Shown: positions 49,620 through 62,817 of the stretch, in pieces
How the letters are laid out: the number at the start of each line of letters is the position of its first letter
Numbering within the stretch: the first letter of the stretch is position 1
From: Heterodontus francisci
Taxonomy: Eukaryota
Assembly (NCBI RefSeq): GCF_036365525.1
Contig: NC_090404.1
Location: forward strand, 13,730,550 to 13,794,549
Reading direction: 5' to 3'
DNA length: 64,000 nucleotides
Position numbers and translations under genes: made by a program
Notes under the pieces: model-generated
Told to the model about the DNA's origin: nothing
The model's database searches: none
The model's input: only the letters and a program-made list of their open reading frames with translations

Positions 49620-52600
49620 GCCGGGCCAGGTGGTTGACGTTTCAGTAGGGGACTACTTTGGGAATAGTGATCACAATTCCGTAAGTTTTAGAATACTCAT
49701 GGACAAAGACGAGAGTGGTCCTAAGGGAAGAGTGCTAAATTGGGGGAAGGCCAACTATACCAAAATTCGGCAGGAGCTGGGGAATGTAGATTGGGAGCAG
49801 CTGTTTGAAGATAAATCCACATTTGATATGTGGGAGGCTTTTAAAGAGAGGTTGATTAGCGTGCAGGCATTAAGGTGGACAAGTCCCCAGGTCCGGATGG
49901 GATCTATCCCAGGTTACTGTGGGAAGCGAGAGAGGAAATAGTTGGGGCCTTAACAGATATCTTTGCAACATCCTTAAACACGGGTGAGGTCCCGGAGGAC
50001 TGGAGAATTGCTAATGTAGTCCCCTTGTTTAAGAAGAGTAGCAGGGATAATCCAGGTAATTTTAGACCGGTGAGCCTGATGTCAGTGGTAGGGAAGCTGC
50101 TGGAGAAGATACTGAGGGATAGGATCTATTCCCATTTGGAAGAAAATGGGCTTATCAGTGATAGGCAACATGGTTTTGTGCAGGGAAGGTCATGTCTTAC
50201 CAACTTAATAGAATTCTTTGAGGAAGTGACAAAGTTGATTGATGAGGGAAGTGCTGTAGATGTCATATACATGGACTTCAGTAAGGCGGTTGATAAGGTT
50301 CCCCATGGTAGGTTGATGGAGAAAGTGAAGTCGCATGGGGTCCAGGGTGTACTAGCTAGATGGATAAAGAACTGGCTGGGCAACAGGAGACAGAGAGTAG
50401 CAGTGGAAGGGAGTTTCTCAAAATGGAGACGTGTGACCAGTGGTGTTCTCTAACGATTGGGATTTTTTTTAGAAACCAGGAGCAGATGGCTAAAAAACTA
50501 ATAAAGAGGGAGAAAATTGATTATGAGAGTAAATCGGCAAGAAGTATAAAAACAAACAGTAAGAGCTTCTACGGGTATATACAAAGAAAAATAGTAGCTA
50601 AAGTAAGTGTGGGGCCCTTAGAGAATGAGACTGGGGAATTATTAACAGGGAACAGGCAAATGGTAGATAATTTAAACAAATATTTTGCATCGGTCTTCAC
50701 AGTGGAGGACACTATAAACATCCCAACAATAATAGATGAGCAAGGTGTAAATGGGAGGGAAGAACTTGTAACAATTTCTATCACGAGGGGAAAGTTGCTT
50801 GACAAGCTTATGGGACTAAAGGCAGACAAGTCGCCAGGACCTGATGACGTGCATCCAAGGGTTTTAAAAGAAGTGGCTGCAGAGATAGTGGAGGCATTGA
50901 TATTGTACAATGAGATAAGATTAATTAATGACCTCATAGTTAAGGCACCCCGAGGTAGCAGCGATTACAATGTGATCGAAATTTACATTCAGTTTGAGGG
51001 AGAGAAAACGGGATTCAAGACTAGTATTTTAAACTTAAGTAAGGGCAATTATGAGGGCATGAAAGCAGAGCTAGCTAAAGGGAACTGCCATATTAGGTTA
51101 AGGGAGAGGTCAATAGAAATGCCGTGGCAGACATTTAAGGGTATATTTCAGAATGCACAGAATACATTCAATTCAACGAGAAAGAAAAACTCCAAGGGTG
51201 GGACCCGCCATCCGTGCTTAACTAAAACTGTTAAAGATAGTATCAAACAAAGAAAAAGCCTATAATTGCACAAAGATGGGAGGCAGGTCAAAAGATTGGA
51301 CAGAATATGAAAAATAGCAATGATTGACTAAAAGATTGATAAGGAAGGTAAAATTAAAGTACGGGAGAAAGCTATCCAGAAATATAAAGACAGATAGTAA
51401 GAGTTTTTTTTAAATTTTAAAAAGAAATTTAAAAAGATATTTTAAAAAGAAAAGAGGTAACAAAGTGAGCGTTGGTCCGATAGAAAGTGATTCTGGGGAA
51501 TTAATAATAGTTAATAAGGAGATGGCAGATAATTAAACAGGTATTTTGCATCAGTCTTCACTATACAGGATACAAGTAAGAGCCCAGAATTAGCTGTAAG
51601 TCAGGAAATGGAAGGGAAGGAGGAACTCAAGAAAATTACAATCACCAGGGAAGTGTTACTGAACAAATTGTTGGAGCTGCAGGTGACAAGTCCCCGGGTC
51701 CTGATGGACATCATCCTAGGGTGTTAAAAGAAATGGCTAGTGAGATAGTTGATGCGTTAATTTTAATTTTCCAAACTTCCATAGCTTTGGGGAAGGTTCC
51801 TTTAGATTGGAAAATAGTGAATGTAACTTCTTTATTCAAAAAGGGCGGGACAGAGAAAGCAGGAAAGTACAGGCCAGTTAGCTTAACATCTGTCTTAAGG
51901 AAAATGTTAGAAACTATTATTAAAGAGTTATAGCAGGGCACTTAGAAAAATACAAGGTAATCAGGCAAAGTCAACATGGTTTTGTGAAAGGGAAATCATG
52001 TTTACCCAATTTATTGGAGTTCTTTGAGGGAGTTACATGTACTGTAGATGAAGGGAAACCAATGGATGTATTGTACTTAGATTTCCAGAAGGCATTTGAT
52101 AAGATGCCACATCAAAGGTTATTGCAGAAAATAAAAGCCCATGGTGGAGGGGGTAACATATTGGCATGGGTAGAAGATTGGCTCCCTAACAGAAAACAGA
52201 CAGCAGGCAAAAATGGGTCATTTTCTAGTTGACCAGGATGTAACGAGTGGTGTACCACAGGGATTTGTGCTGGAGCCTCAACTTTTAAAATTTATATAAA
52301 TGACTTCGGTGAAGGGACCGAAGGTATGGTTACTGAATTTGCTGATGACACAAAGATAGGTAGGAAAGTAACTTGTGAAGAGGACACAAGGAGGCTACAA
52401 AGGGATATGGATAGGTTAAGTGAGTGGGAAAAGACCTGGAAAATGGAATATAATGTGGGAAAGTGGGACGTTCCCGTCCATGTCACACACTATCCTGACG
52501 TGGAACTATATCGTCGTTCCCTCCCTGTCGCTGGGTCAAAACACTGGTACTCCCTTCCTAACAGCACTGTGGGTGAACCTACCTCACATGAACTGCAGTG

Positions 52601-53520
52601 GTTTAAGAAGGCAGCTCACCACCACCTTCTCAAGGGCAATTAGGGATGGGCAATAAATGCTGGTATAGCCAGTGACACCCACATCCCATGAATGAAGAAA
52701 ACACAATGTCCATTTTAGCAGGAAGAATAAAAAATAAGCATATTATCTAAATGGTGAGAGATAGCAGAGTTCTGGATGCAGAGGGATCTGGGTGTTCTAG
52801 TGCATGAATTGCAAAAGGTTAGTATGCAGGTACAGCACGTAATTAGGAAATCTAATAGAATGTTATTGTTTATCGCGAGGGGAATTGAATATAAAAGTAG
52901 GGAGGTTATGTTTCAGCTGTACAGGGCATTGATGAGACCACATAGGGAGTAATGTGTACAGTACTGGTCTCCTTATATAAGGAAGGATGTAAATGCGTTG
53001 GAGGTAGTTCAGAGAAGGTTTACTAGACTAATACCTGGGATGGGTGGGCTGTCTTACAAGGAACGATTAGACAGACTGTGCTTGTATCCGCTGGAATTTA
53101 GAAGAGAAAGAGGCGACTTGATTGAAGCATATACTGTCTTGAGAGGGCTTGACAGGATGGATGTGGAAAGAATGTTTCCCCTTGTGGGAGAATCTAGAAC
53201 TATGAGTCACTGTTTAAAAATGAGGGGTCGCCATTTAAGACAGAGATGAGAAGATTTTTTTTATCTCTCAGAGGGTCATGAGTCTTTGGAATTCTCTTCC
53301 TCAAAAGGCGGTAGAAGCAGATTCTTTGAATATTTTTAATGCAGAGGTAGACAGATTCTTGAAGAGCAAGGGAGTGGGGGGGGGGGCGGTGGTGGGTGGT
53401 GGTGAAAAGTTACGGGGGTAGTTGGAAATGTGGAGTAATCAGTTCAACTATGAACTTATTGGATGGTGGCGCAGGCTCGAAGGGCCGAGTGGCCTACACC
53501 TGCTTATAATTCGTATGTTC
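49620..53520 (+). mobile_element. Mosaic of CR1 LINE ORF2 fragments
   Basis: ORFs 49875-50453, 50360-51265, 51721-52232, 52326- and 52998- with KSPGPDG, YRPVSL, FADDTK motifs; several junctions. Confidence 0.88.
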
Positions 53521-54244
53521 ATATGTAAACCTATGTCTAAAGATCTTATCACTGCTTAAGTTAATCTAACTCCCAGTTTCACGCACATAAATTCAAAAGG
53601 AACAGTGGTCCAATTTTAAAGGTAGAATTTTTTAAAATTAGTTGTTCCTTGTGAATAAAATAAATAAGTAAGTTTTTATGTTTGCGTTCCTGGTGACTGA
53701 GATGAAGATAAGCAATGTTCACTTGAAGTCTTCACTTGGATTTGATGAAACATACTCGGTTCTTGATAGGCAGGAGTTAATACTGGAGTAACATTAACAG
53801 TTCCTTCCACTATAAGCGCAGTCGTACAAATAATTTGTTGAGAAATAAAGGCTTTTCTTATTTACTTTATGTTTTGTAGATTTTTTCTTGAGAGGGAATT
53901 GTACAACCCCTCTCTCTTCAGTTTGCCTCACAGAACCAACTCAAACAAGTTTCTGCAAGCTTTTCAAACAGTCAAAACTTGAACACTGAATCACGTGACC
54001 TCTCTCTCCTGCTGCTATTGCTTGGCCACCAAAAATACAACTGGCTCACAGTGCCTCCAGAGAGATCTCCATTAAGGTGCATTGTTCTTTTTCCGGCCTT
54101 AAAGGCACATACAATATTTTCGATCCAAGGAGAAAAAATTAACACAACACCGTGACAATAGGTGCAGATCGAACGGCAATTTGGATGGATACTGAAGTCG
54201 GTTTTCCTTTCAATCAGTTTGTTCTTTTAAATAAACGGCAATCA

Positions 54245-54500
54245 TGAGCACTGTGTGACGTCACGGAAGCATGTTGCACCGTACGTCACGTAAAAATGGC
54301 GGACAATCAGTCACACAAACAAGACCGATTCGATGTCATGCAAAGATGGCGGAACGCACGTCACAAAGAAATATCGGACGCCAACTTGCCCGGCTGTGAA
54401 TGACGCGACAGTGGTTTCCTCACACACCGGACTGTGCTTGGTTGTTTACCCCACTGATTTAGGGACTGCGGGCCGCGGGCCGTCTGCAGTCTCCGCTCAG
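54245..54500. promoter_or_regulatory. CpG-rich promoter/enhancer-like element (CRE, ETS, YY1 motifs)
   Basis: TGACGTCA 54256-54263, CGGAAG, AAAATGGCGG 54293-54302, AAGATGGCGG 54343-54352, further ACGTCAC half-sites; high CpG content. Confidence 0.5.
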
Positions 54501-54949
54501 CCCCTGTAACCCCTGACTCATGGCTGTGACCCAATTGAGGGGAGAGGGGTCGGGGGTGGGCGGGAGCGTGTGCCCGTGTGAATGCCAGAGTCTGGGGAAA
54601 GGAAAGAGGGACCAAGAGACACAGCAAGGGCAACAAAAGATAAATTCAGCTTATAGCACAGGGTAATCCAGACTGATAGTGGTGGGGGATGAGGGGGAGG
54701 GAGATTGGGGCAGAGAAAGAGTTCAAACATCAAGGCCAAACATTCAAAAACATTATTCCGAGCCCTTCTAAAGTGTTTAGAGCAAAAGCGGTTCCGTATG
54801 ACAAGGAACATGTGATCAGATGCTCGACTCTGATCAGGAAGCTCTGGAGATGCTCCCTTGGCCGGGAATTTTTGAAAGAATCTGATGAGACGGTGAAGGA
54901 CATGAAGAGAAACCTTCGAGAGTGAAGGTGTGAAGGTAACTGGCGGATC

Positions 54950-55700
54950 TCTGGTGTGATATTCAGTGAGCTCAGGGAGATGGCATCAGAGGGAATGGAG
55001 CAGGGAGAGAGGATCCAGGGGGTGATGATCAGTCAGTTCAAGGAGATGGTATCAGAGGGAATGGAGCAGGGAGAGAGGATCCCTGTGGTGATGTTAGTGA
55101 GTTCAGGGAGATGGTGTCAGAGGGAGTGGAGCAGAACAGAGAGAAAGGTCATCAAGGAAACGTGCAACAGAGGGGCAGCAGTATTGTGTATTCTAGAAAA
55201 GGTACAGGCAGAGAGTCGGCCTGTGTGCAAAAGAAAAGAGTCTGTGTGTGTGTTCGTGTGTGTGTGTGTGTTCGTGTGTGTGCGGTTGATACATCAGGCG
55301 GAGATTGTGGGTTATGTGTACAAAAGAAAATGTGAAGATAGAGACTCCGTATCAGATAGGCCCCAGTCTTCAGGAATCATTCACACTGTTTGTGCTCTCT
55401 CCTGTGTCAGATAATCCCCAGGCTGCAGGAATCATCCCAGGAATTGTGCTCCCTTGTTTGTCACATATGCGTCAGTCTTTGGAAATATTTCCCAGGGGTT
55501 GTAATTTCTTGTATACTAGATAGGTCCCAAGTTGTGCGAATTATTCCTGGTGTTTGTGCTCCCTGGTGTGTCAGATGGACCCCAGGCTCTTGGAATAATT
55601 TCCAGTATTTGTCCTCTATGATATACTGTGTCAGATATGCACCAGTCTCTAGGAATCATTTCCAGGTTTTGTGCCCCCTCATGTGTCGATGTTATACATG
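54950..55700. repeat. Two short tandem arrays (~65-bp x3 at 54950-55140; ~55-bp x6-7 at 55340-55700)
   Basis: ggagatggtatcagagggaatggagcagggagagaggatcc and tgtcagata.gccccag.ct..aggaatcatt units. Confidence 0.65.
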
Positions 55701-56419
55701 CAATCGATGTCCTGGTTGTGTTTGATCCGTCTGTATAAACTAGATGGAGTTTTACTCTGTATCTAACCCGTGCTGTACCTGTACTGGGAGTGGCTGATGG
55801 GGACAGTGTAGAGGGAGCTTTACTCTGGATCTAACCCTTGTTGTACCTTCCCTGGAAAAGTTTGATGGGACAGTATTCATCCATATATTATACTGTATCA
55901 GACTGTGATGGAACCGAGTGCTCATCTTTAATACAACCTGTGACAAACCATAATATTGGAGTAGTCAGTGAGGTGCTCCTGGTCGCTTTGCCATCAGTCT
56001 TCTTCTGGGGAGTGGCATGATGAGACGGGGGAGAAGTGTCTTTACTCTGATGGAACTCTGGGTGGCGCAGCGGCTCCTTCACCGAATGGCGTTGGGTTCA
56101 AACACAACTCCGATCGGAGTGGTGAAAAATAGCCGTAAGGAAAGAGGGAACACGTGGTAATACGAAAGGAAAATGGAACGTTGTAGAGGGACCTTGGGGC
56201 AAGGAATTCAGCAAAGTCCAATTAGTCCATTTGTTATTCCAGATTTATTAACAATTTCAAAAAGAACATTTTACAGAGAAGATTTTTATTTTGTAAAAGG
56301 GTCCAAAATGAACAGAACAACTGTGCGTCAGATTGGGAACAGAAGACATGCAGTCTGATCTGCCAGCTATCTGTAAAACTGTAACAGACCAGAGAGAAAA
56401 TAGGGGCTCAATATAAGCA

Positions 56420-57530
56420 TATGAACATACGGATTAGGAGCAGGAGTAAGCCACTCGGCCCTTTGAGCCTGCTCTGCCGTTCAATAAGTTCATGACTGAA
56501 CTGATTAATCCACATTTCCACCAACCCCGATAATCTTCCACCCCGTTGCTTATCAATAATCTATCTACATCTGCGTTAAAAAATATTCAAGACGCTGCTT
56601 CTGTCGCCTTTTGAGGAAGAGAATTCCAAAGACTCACAACCCTCTGCGAGAAAAAAAATATCCGCATCAGTGTCTTCAATAGGTGACCCTTACTTTTAAA
56701 CAGTGACGCGTAGTTCTAGATTCTCCCACAAGGAGAAACATCCTTTCCACATCCACCCTGTCAAGACGCCTCAGGATCTGATATGTTTCAGGCAAGTCGC
56801 CTCTTATGCTTCTAAATTCCAGCGGATACAAGCTTAGCTGCCCAATCTTTCCTCATATGAAAGTCTGCCCATTCCAGGTATTAGTCCAGTAAAGCTTTTC
56901 TCGACTGCCTCCAACGCATTTGCGTCCTTCCCTAAATAAGGAGATCAGTACTGTACACAGTACTCCAGATGTAGTCTCACCAATGCCCTGTATAGCTGAA
57001 GCATAACCTCCCTACTTTTATATTCAATTCCCCTCGCGATAAACGATAACATTCTATTAGCTTTCCTAATTACGTGCTGCAACTGCAAACTAACCTTTTG
57101 CAATTCATGCACTAGGACACCCAAATCCCTCTGCATCACAGAGCTCTGCAATCTCTCACCTTTTCGATAATATGCTTCTTTTTTATTCTTCCTGCCAAAG
57201 TGGACAATTTCACACTTTCCCACATCATACTCCATTTTCCAGGTCTTTTCCCACTCATTTAACCTATCTATATCCCTTTGTAGCCTTCTTATGTCCTCTT
57301 CATAACTTACTTTCCTACCTATATTTGTGTCATCAGCAAATTTAGCAGCCTACTCTCTGTTTCCTGTTAGCTAGCCAATTTTCTATCCATGCCAATATGT
57401 AACCCCCTACACCATGAGCTTTTATTTTCTGCAATAACCTTTGATGTGGCACCTTATCAAATACCTTCTGGAAATCTAAGTACAATACGTCCACCGGTTC
57501 CCCTTTATCCACAGCACATGTGACTCCCTC
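56420..57530 (-). mobile_element. CR1-clade LINE 3' fragment
   Basis: ORF 56945-57235 (GKCEIVHFG, RDLGVLVH, LVRLHLEYC). Confidence 0.85.
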
Positions 57531-57804
57531 AAATCTCCTAAAGGGATGGGATCAATTGTGAATAAAAATCAAAAATAAAAATCACATAAAAATCAAACAA
57601 TGGTGAAACTCAAAGATACATTTACATTATAGGCACGATTATCTCACATATTTCAAACAGAAAAAAACCAGGAAATACTGTTAATGATTTTCTCAGCTAT
57701 AGATTCGGAGCCATAAACTTAAGGCATTTTTCTTTTACCGTCTGTGTGTAATACAGAGATGTTAAAAAAATTGAGGAAACGCAGGGTGGCCTAAATTCAA
57801 TGAA

Positions 57805-57813
57805 TCACTTGAC
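57805..57813 (-). CDS. IGHM: IgM cluster 2 TM2 exon (VK-stop)
   Basis: cgcttttacag|GTC AAG TGA, preceded by a long poly-C tract on the sense strand. Confidence 0.88.
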   Translation of the reverse strand, partial: VK

Positions 57814-58003
57814 CTGTAAAAGCGGGGGGTGGGGGCGGGGGGGGGGGGGGGGGGGGAGGGGTTGTGGGGGGCGAGGTGCAAAGAGTGAAATAAAGATTTC
57901 TGGGATATGCATCTCAGTTTATTTTTAAATTTATGAAACTTTTAGAGATTTGTTTTAAACAACTTCAGTCAGATTGAAGTGTGAGTGGATTGAATATTCT
58001 CGC

Positions 58004-58131
58004 CTTCACCAGAGTGACGACAGCGCTGTAGGAAATGCTCAGGAAGAACAGGACGATGAATATGGAGGCGGTTGTCCAGATGTTGTCGTTCTCTTCCTCA
58101 TTGTCTTCAATCCAGATCGTGTCAGCGGACT
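58004..58131 (-). CDS. IGHM: IgM cluster 2 TM1 exon (GC donor)
   Basis: ccatag| [43 protein letters not shown] |gcgaga. Confidence 0.9.
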
Positions 58132-59479
58132 CTATGGGTATGTAGAAGAGGAAATATGTTTATATCGTTCATTAATCCGGGATATAAGATTACTGTTTTG
58201 CATTATATTCCTCTTCCTTAAGGTATTATTTTGATCTCTAATTTAATTTTCTATGCATATCTATTGTTAAGTTAATTACTCTCAGCAATCTATCTCTGTT
58301 AGTATCTCCACAGCCGTTCTTCCTTTATGGACCTCGTCCAGGCTGTGTTGGATTTTTTTTCTTCACTGGAAGGCGCTATTTTCGTTATATCATACTATGA
58401 TGAGATATCGAGGGAGGTTTACTGATCGATATCGATTATTTTGAAGGTTGCTTCTGATCGCTACTTATTTCGGGATTCTCAATGCTGCAGGGTAAGAAAT
58501 CGGATATGTGTTCCAATCTTGTTTTTTTTAATTTGTGATGAAAGTACTTTGAAAATCATTAACATAACTCAGTTTCTTAGTGAGAACATTGCTTCATTGT
58601 GTTTGCAGGTCCAATATATATTCAGGAAGTTGTTGGAGACGGTATCCATTCAAATAGTACATTTGAATTCTACTTTCGCCTATAGCCTGGCGTTTATGTG
58701 TGTGAACTTTAGTGTCTGTGCATGTGTGTATGAGTTTCTCATCACACTCTGCTTGTGTATCCACTTTTGTATGTGAGAATTAATATGTGTGGTTATGTGT
58801 TTGTGTCCCCACGTGTGTGTGTCAATGTTCGTGTTTATATGTTGATGCTTGTGTATATGTGTCCCTGTATGTTAATGTCTGTTAATCTGCCTTTGTGCAT
58901 TGATATTTTTATTCAAGTAGCCGCACGTGTTTGTGTGTGTGAGTGTATGTGTGAGCATGTGTGTGTTATGTTGCGTTTATCTGTCCATGTGTGCGTCTGG
59001 GCATGTTAATGTTCATTTATCTGTGTTTTGCATCCCCATCTGTGTTTTAATATGTGTGTTTGTGTTGATGGATGCGTTTATTTCCCCTCTGTGTTGATAC
59101 GTGTTTGTGCGCCCATGTGTGTTTATGCTTGTGTTCATGTGTCCTTGTGTACGCATGAGTGTGGTAATGTGTCTGTTTATGTTTTAATGTGTATGTTTAA
59201 GTATTAATGTTCGTGTAAATGTGTGTTTATTTGTATATGCAGGCTAATGTATGTTTATGTGTGTGTTTGTGTATTCTTGTTTGTGTCAGTATCTTAATCT
59301 CGGCGCTTATTTGTGTGTGTGTCAATTTGTCCGTTTATCTATATTTTTGTGTGCACGTATGTGTGAGTCTGTTAATGTGCGAATATGTGTGTCCATCAAT
59401 GTGTGTGAATGTGTATGATACTTTGTGCTTTCATGCCTGTGTTTCTGTGTTCGTGTGACTATACTAATGATTGCGTTTA

Positions 59480-61120
59480 TGTTTATGAGCAGTGAGGGGA
59501 TGCAGTGAAAGGTTACATTTGCCTGAGTGAGAGACATTGCCAGAGTGAATTTGGAAATTTGGTGCATGTGGGAAATCGGTGCAGAGTGGGGAAGATGGGC
59601 TCCTTTCCCTATCTTTTTTAGCCTCCAGGAGCTGGTGAGTCTGCTTCCTTTGACTCCAAAGTAGGTGAGTGCAACTTGACTAATTAAAAAAAAAGGTTGT
59701 ACCGAGATGGAAGGGCTGGCGGCGTGCTGCAACTGCGGCATGAGGGAACCTGTGGAATGCACTGCAATCCCTAACAACCATGTCTGCAGTCAGTGTCTGC
59801 AGCTTGCACGACTTCAGCTCAGAATTGCTGAGCTGGAGGCTTAGTTGCAGACATTGCCAAGCGCCAGAAAGGGGGGAAGTTACCTGGACACTTTGTTCCA
59901 GGAGGCAGTCAGACTCCTTAGAGCAGGGAAGCCATTAGAGATTACCAATGGTCAGGTACAGGAGAGTGTGAATGTGAGTGAGGCAGGTAGGGGAAATCAG
60001 CATATAGTGATGGAGGAACCTCAGATCTTGTCCAACAGGTACAAGGTCCTTGTTACCTGTGTGGATGAAGAGAAGGACTGCAAGGTGGATGAGTGGACAT
60101 TTTCAAGTTATCAGGCAATGATTGGTGGGATGCTGCAAGGATTAGGGCTGCGGCCTCATCTATTTGCACTCTATATTAATGACTTGGATGAAGACACAAA
60201 GAGTAATGTATCTACGCTTGTTGATGATACAACGTTCGGTGGAAAGGTAAGCTGTGAGGCGGAAATAGAAAGGCTGCAATGAGATACAGACAGGTTATGT
60301 GAGTGGCAACATGATGGCACATGGAGTATAATATATAGAAGTGTCAAGTTGTTCACTTTGGTCACAAAAATAGAAAAGCATAATATTTTTAAAAGGTGTG
60401 AAGCTGTTAAGTGTTGATGTTCATAGAGACTTGTGGGTCCTCGTACAAGGAACGCACAAAGTTAACATGCAGGTGCAGCAGGCTATTAGGAAGGCAAATG
60501 GCATGTTGGCTTTTATTGCAAGGGGATTGGAGTGCAGGAAGACTTACTAAACCTGTTCAGGTCTTTGGTGAGACCGCACTTGAAATATTGTGTGCAGTTT
60601 TGGTCTCCACATTTAAGAAAGGACATACTTGCACTGGAGGTGGTGCAGCGAAGATTTACTGAATTGGTCCTTGGGATGAGGTGGTTGTCCTGTGATGAGA
60701 AGCTGGGTAAATTAGGCCTATATTCTCTGGAGTTTAGAAGAAAGAGATGTGATCTGGTTGAGACATACAAGATTCTGAAAGGACTTGATAGGGTAGAAAC
60801 TGAGAAATTGTTTCCACTGGTCAGGGAATCTAGAATTCGGGAGCACAGTTTCAGGATAAGGGGTCAATCATTCAGAACTGAGAAGGGGAGAAATTACTAC
60901 ATTCAAACGGTTGTGAATCTTTGGAATTCTCTACCCTAGAGGGTTGTGGATGCTCCATCTGGGATAGATAGATTTTTGGTCTCACAGGGGATTAAGGAAA
61001 TTGGCGAGCGAGCAGGAAAGTAGAATTGAAGCCCAAGATCAGTCACGATCTGTTGAATGGCAGCGCAGGCTCGATGGGGCATATGGTCTACTTCTGCTCC
61101 TATTTCTTGCGTTCTTGTAC
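59480..61120 (+). mobile_element. Internally deleted CR1 LINE (ORF1 zinc-finger/leucine-zipper start fused to RT 3' half) inserted in the TG tract
   Basis: ACCNCGM..HVCSQCLQLARLQLRIAELE at ~59720-59840, then YINDLD..VDDT and LVRPHLKYC; absent from cluster 1. Confidence 0.8.
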
Positions 61121-61964
61121 TTGCATGTGTGACTGTGGGAGCCTTCATATCTGCTGTTAGGTCTGTTCGTGTGTGTTGATGTATGTGTGTGGTTGTGCAT
61201 CTAAGTGCATTTATGTGCGTGTTTGTATTTCTGTGCCTGTGTATTTTTGTTATTGTTAGAAGTTTCACAGATAACCAATAACCGGGTTTGGCACGGACGG
61301 TGTGTATTATGGACAATATTCTTTACCTTTCTGTGCATAAATGTACTCAGTGCGAGATGCAAAATAACGTTAGCTGAATGGATGCAACAATGCAACTGAT
61401 GGGCCTGAGAAACATCAAGAACGGGGGATGATTAAAGCACCATTTCAAGCTGGACTATTAGAATGTAATCTGTTACAGCACGGGTAACGGGAAACATTCT
61501 AAAGGTATATGTATTTTACAGCATTATAACCATATGGAAAGTTTAAAACCTTCGCAGAGACAGCTGGAAGCAGACTTTGTACTGATGGCAACTGAGTTCA
61601 TATAATAGAGAACAGTTGCCTTCTAATCTATCATCATTGGGAAAGGGAGTATAGTGGGTTAACAAATACCCTTGCGCCCTTTTCTGTTGAATGAATTGGG
61701 GGGACGGGCTACAGTCGGTTCACAGTTGCATTTGCCCTCTCTCTATTGAAGAAGTGGAGTGACAGTGGGTTAATCATTTCACTCTCCCTCTTTCTTTTTG
61801 GCAAGTGGAGACAAATTATCCTTTTCCCTCTTTCCGATGGGGGTTGAGGTACAGTTCGTATTTGTTTGCGGCCTTCACTTTGGTTCCCAGTGTGTGCGAT
61901 GCTGAAATTGAAAACTGACGTCTATTCTGAAGGGATGGACCACACGAGAAGCAGGAACACTGAG

Positions 61965-62119
61965 ATCTAAATGCACTGATGAAGGGTCACTGACCTTAAA
62001 CGTTAACTCTGCTTCTCTCTCCACAGATGCTGCCAGACCTGCTGGCTATTTCCAGTATTTCTTGTTTTTATTTCAGATTTCCAGCATCTGCATTATTTTG
62101 CTTTTATCTAAATGCACTG
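61965..62119 (+). mobile_element. Short Penelope-like element with hammerhead motif, 14-bp TSD
   Basis: TSD atctaaatgcactg at 61965-61978 and 62106-62119; CTGATGA-AGGGTCACTGACCT-TAAACGTTAACT; homologous site in cluster 1 (~17065) is empty. Confidence 0.75.
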
Positions 62120-62425
62120 CGTTAGTTTGTTAGAAAAGAGAAATCTTTAGATTTCCCTTCAGCGTGAGGAAAGTTGTTGAATTTATTCTACGGAATTCTG
62201 TAATGAATCAGCTTTACTCTGTAGCTAACCTGTGGTGTATCTGAGCTTGGAACACTGGTTTTACAAGACTTAGGCCCGAGACCTGCAAATATCCTACTTT
62301 AAATGAATAGATCTACCATTAGCACATGTGAGAAGCAAAATTAATTGAGCGGGTGTGTATTTAAATTGCAATTGGAAGAAAATATCTTTATTTTTTTTTA
62401 GAATTGAACTGTAATTGAGAGATTT

Positions 62426-62817
62426 TCATTGACATGAATTGACAGTGTCCAACAGTGCAAGGGAAATGTTCACAAAACTCGGTTTACCGCTGGATTTATT
62501 GACTGTTCTGTTGATGATCTTCAAGGGGATCGCTTCATGTCCCACCACACAGGAGTAAGAAGCGCCGCTGGCCCACTCCTCCGCTGCAATGGATAACAGG
62601 CTGTAGATGAAGTAGGAGCTGTTGCTGTTCTCCGCCATCACCTCGGTGTTCTTGTAGTTGCCCGGATTCACCGACTTGTCATTGACGGTCCACTTGACGA
62701 AGATCTCTCGGGGGGAGAAACCTCTCACTAAGCAGGTGAGGGAGAGGAACCTCTGAGCGGAGTCTTCTTCTGCCGGGGGCAGGAGGACAGACACGGACGG
62801 TTCCCGCAGATCTCTAA
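62426..62817 (-). CDS. IGHM: IgM cluster 2 CH4 plus secretory tailpiece
   Basis: [29 protein letters not shown]...[20 protein letters not shown]; AATAAA at minus 62392-62387. Confidence 0.97.

Noticed and set aside
50360-51265. 301-aa ORF as a host gene
   Set aside because: Chimeric read-through of rearranged CR1 ORF2 fragments.
54217-54255. 23-RSS-like CACAGTG-23-AGAACAAAC on the minus strand
   Set aside because: No V, D or J coding flank; adjacent sequence is the CRE/YY1 module; likely chance.
58690-59460. Cys/Val-rich ORFs
   Set aside because: Artefacts of TG-dinucleotide low-complexity sequence.
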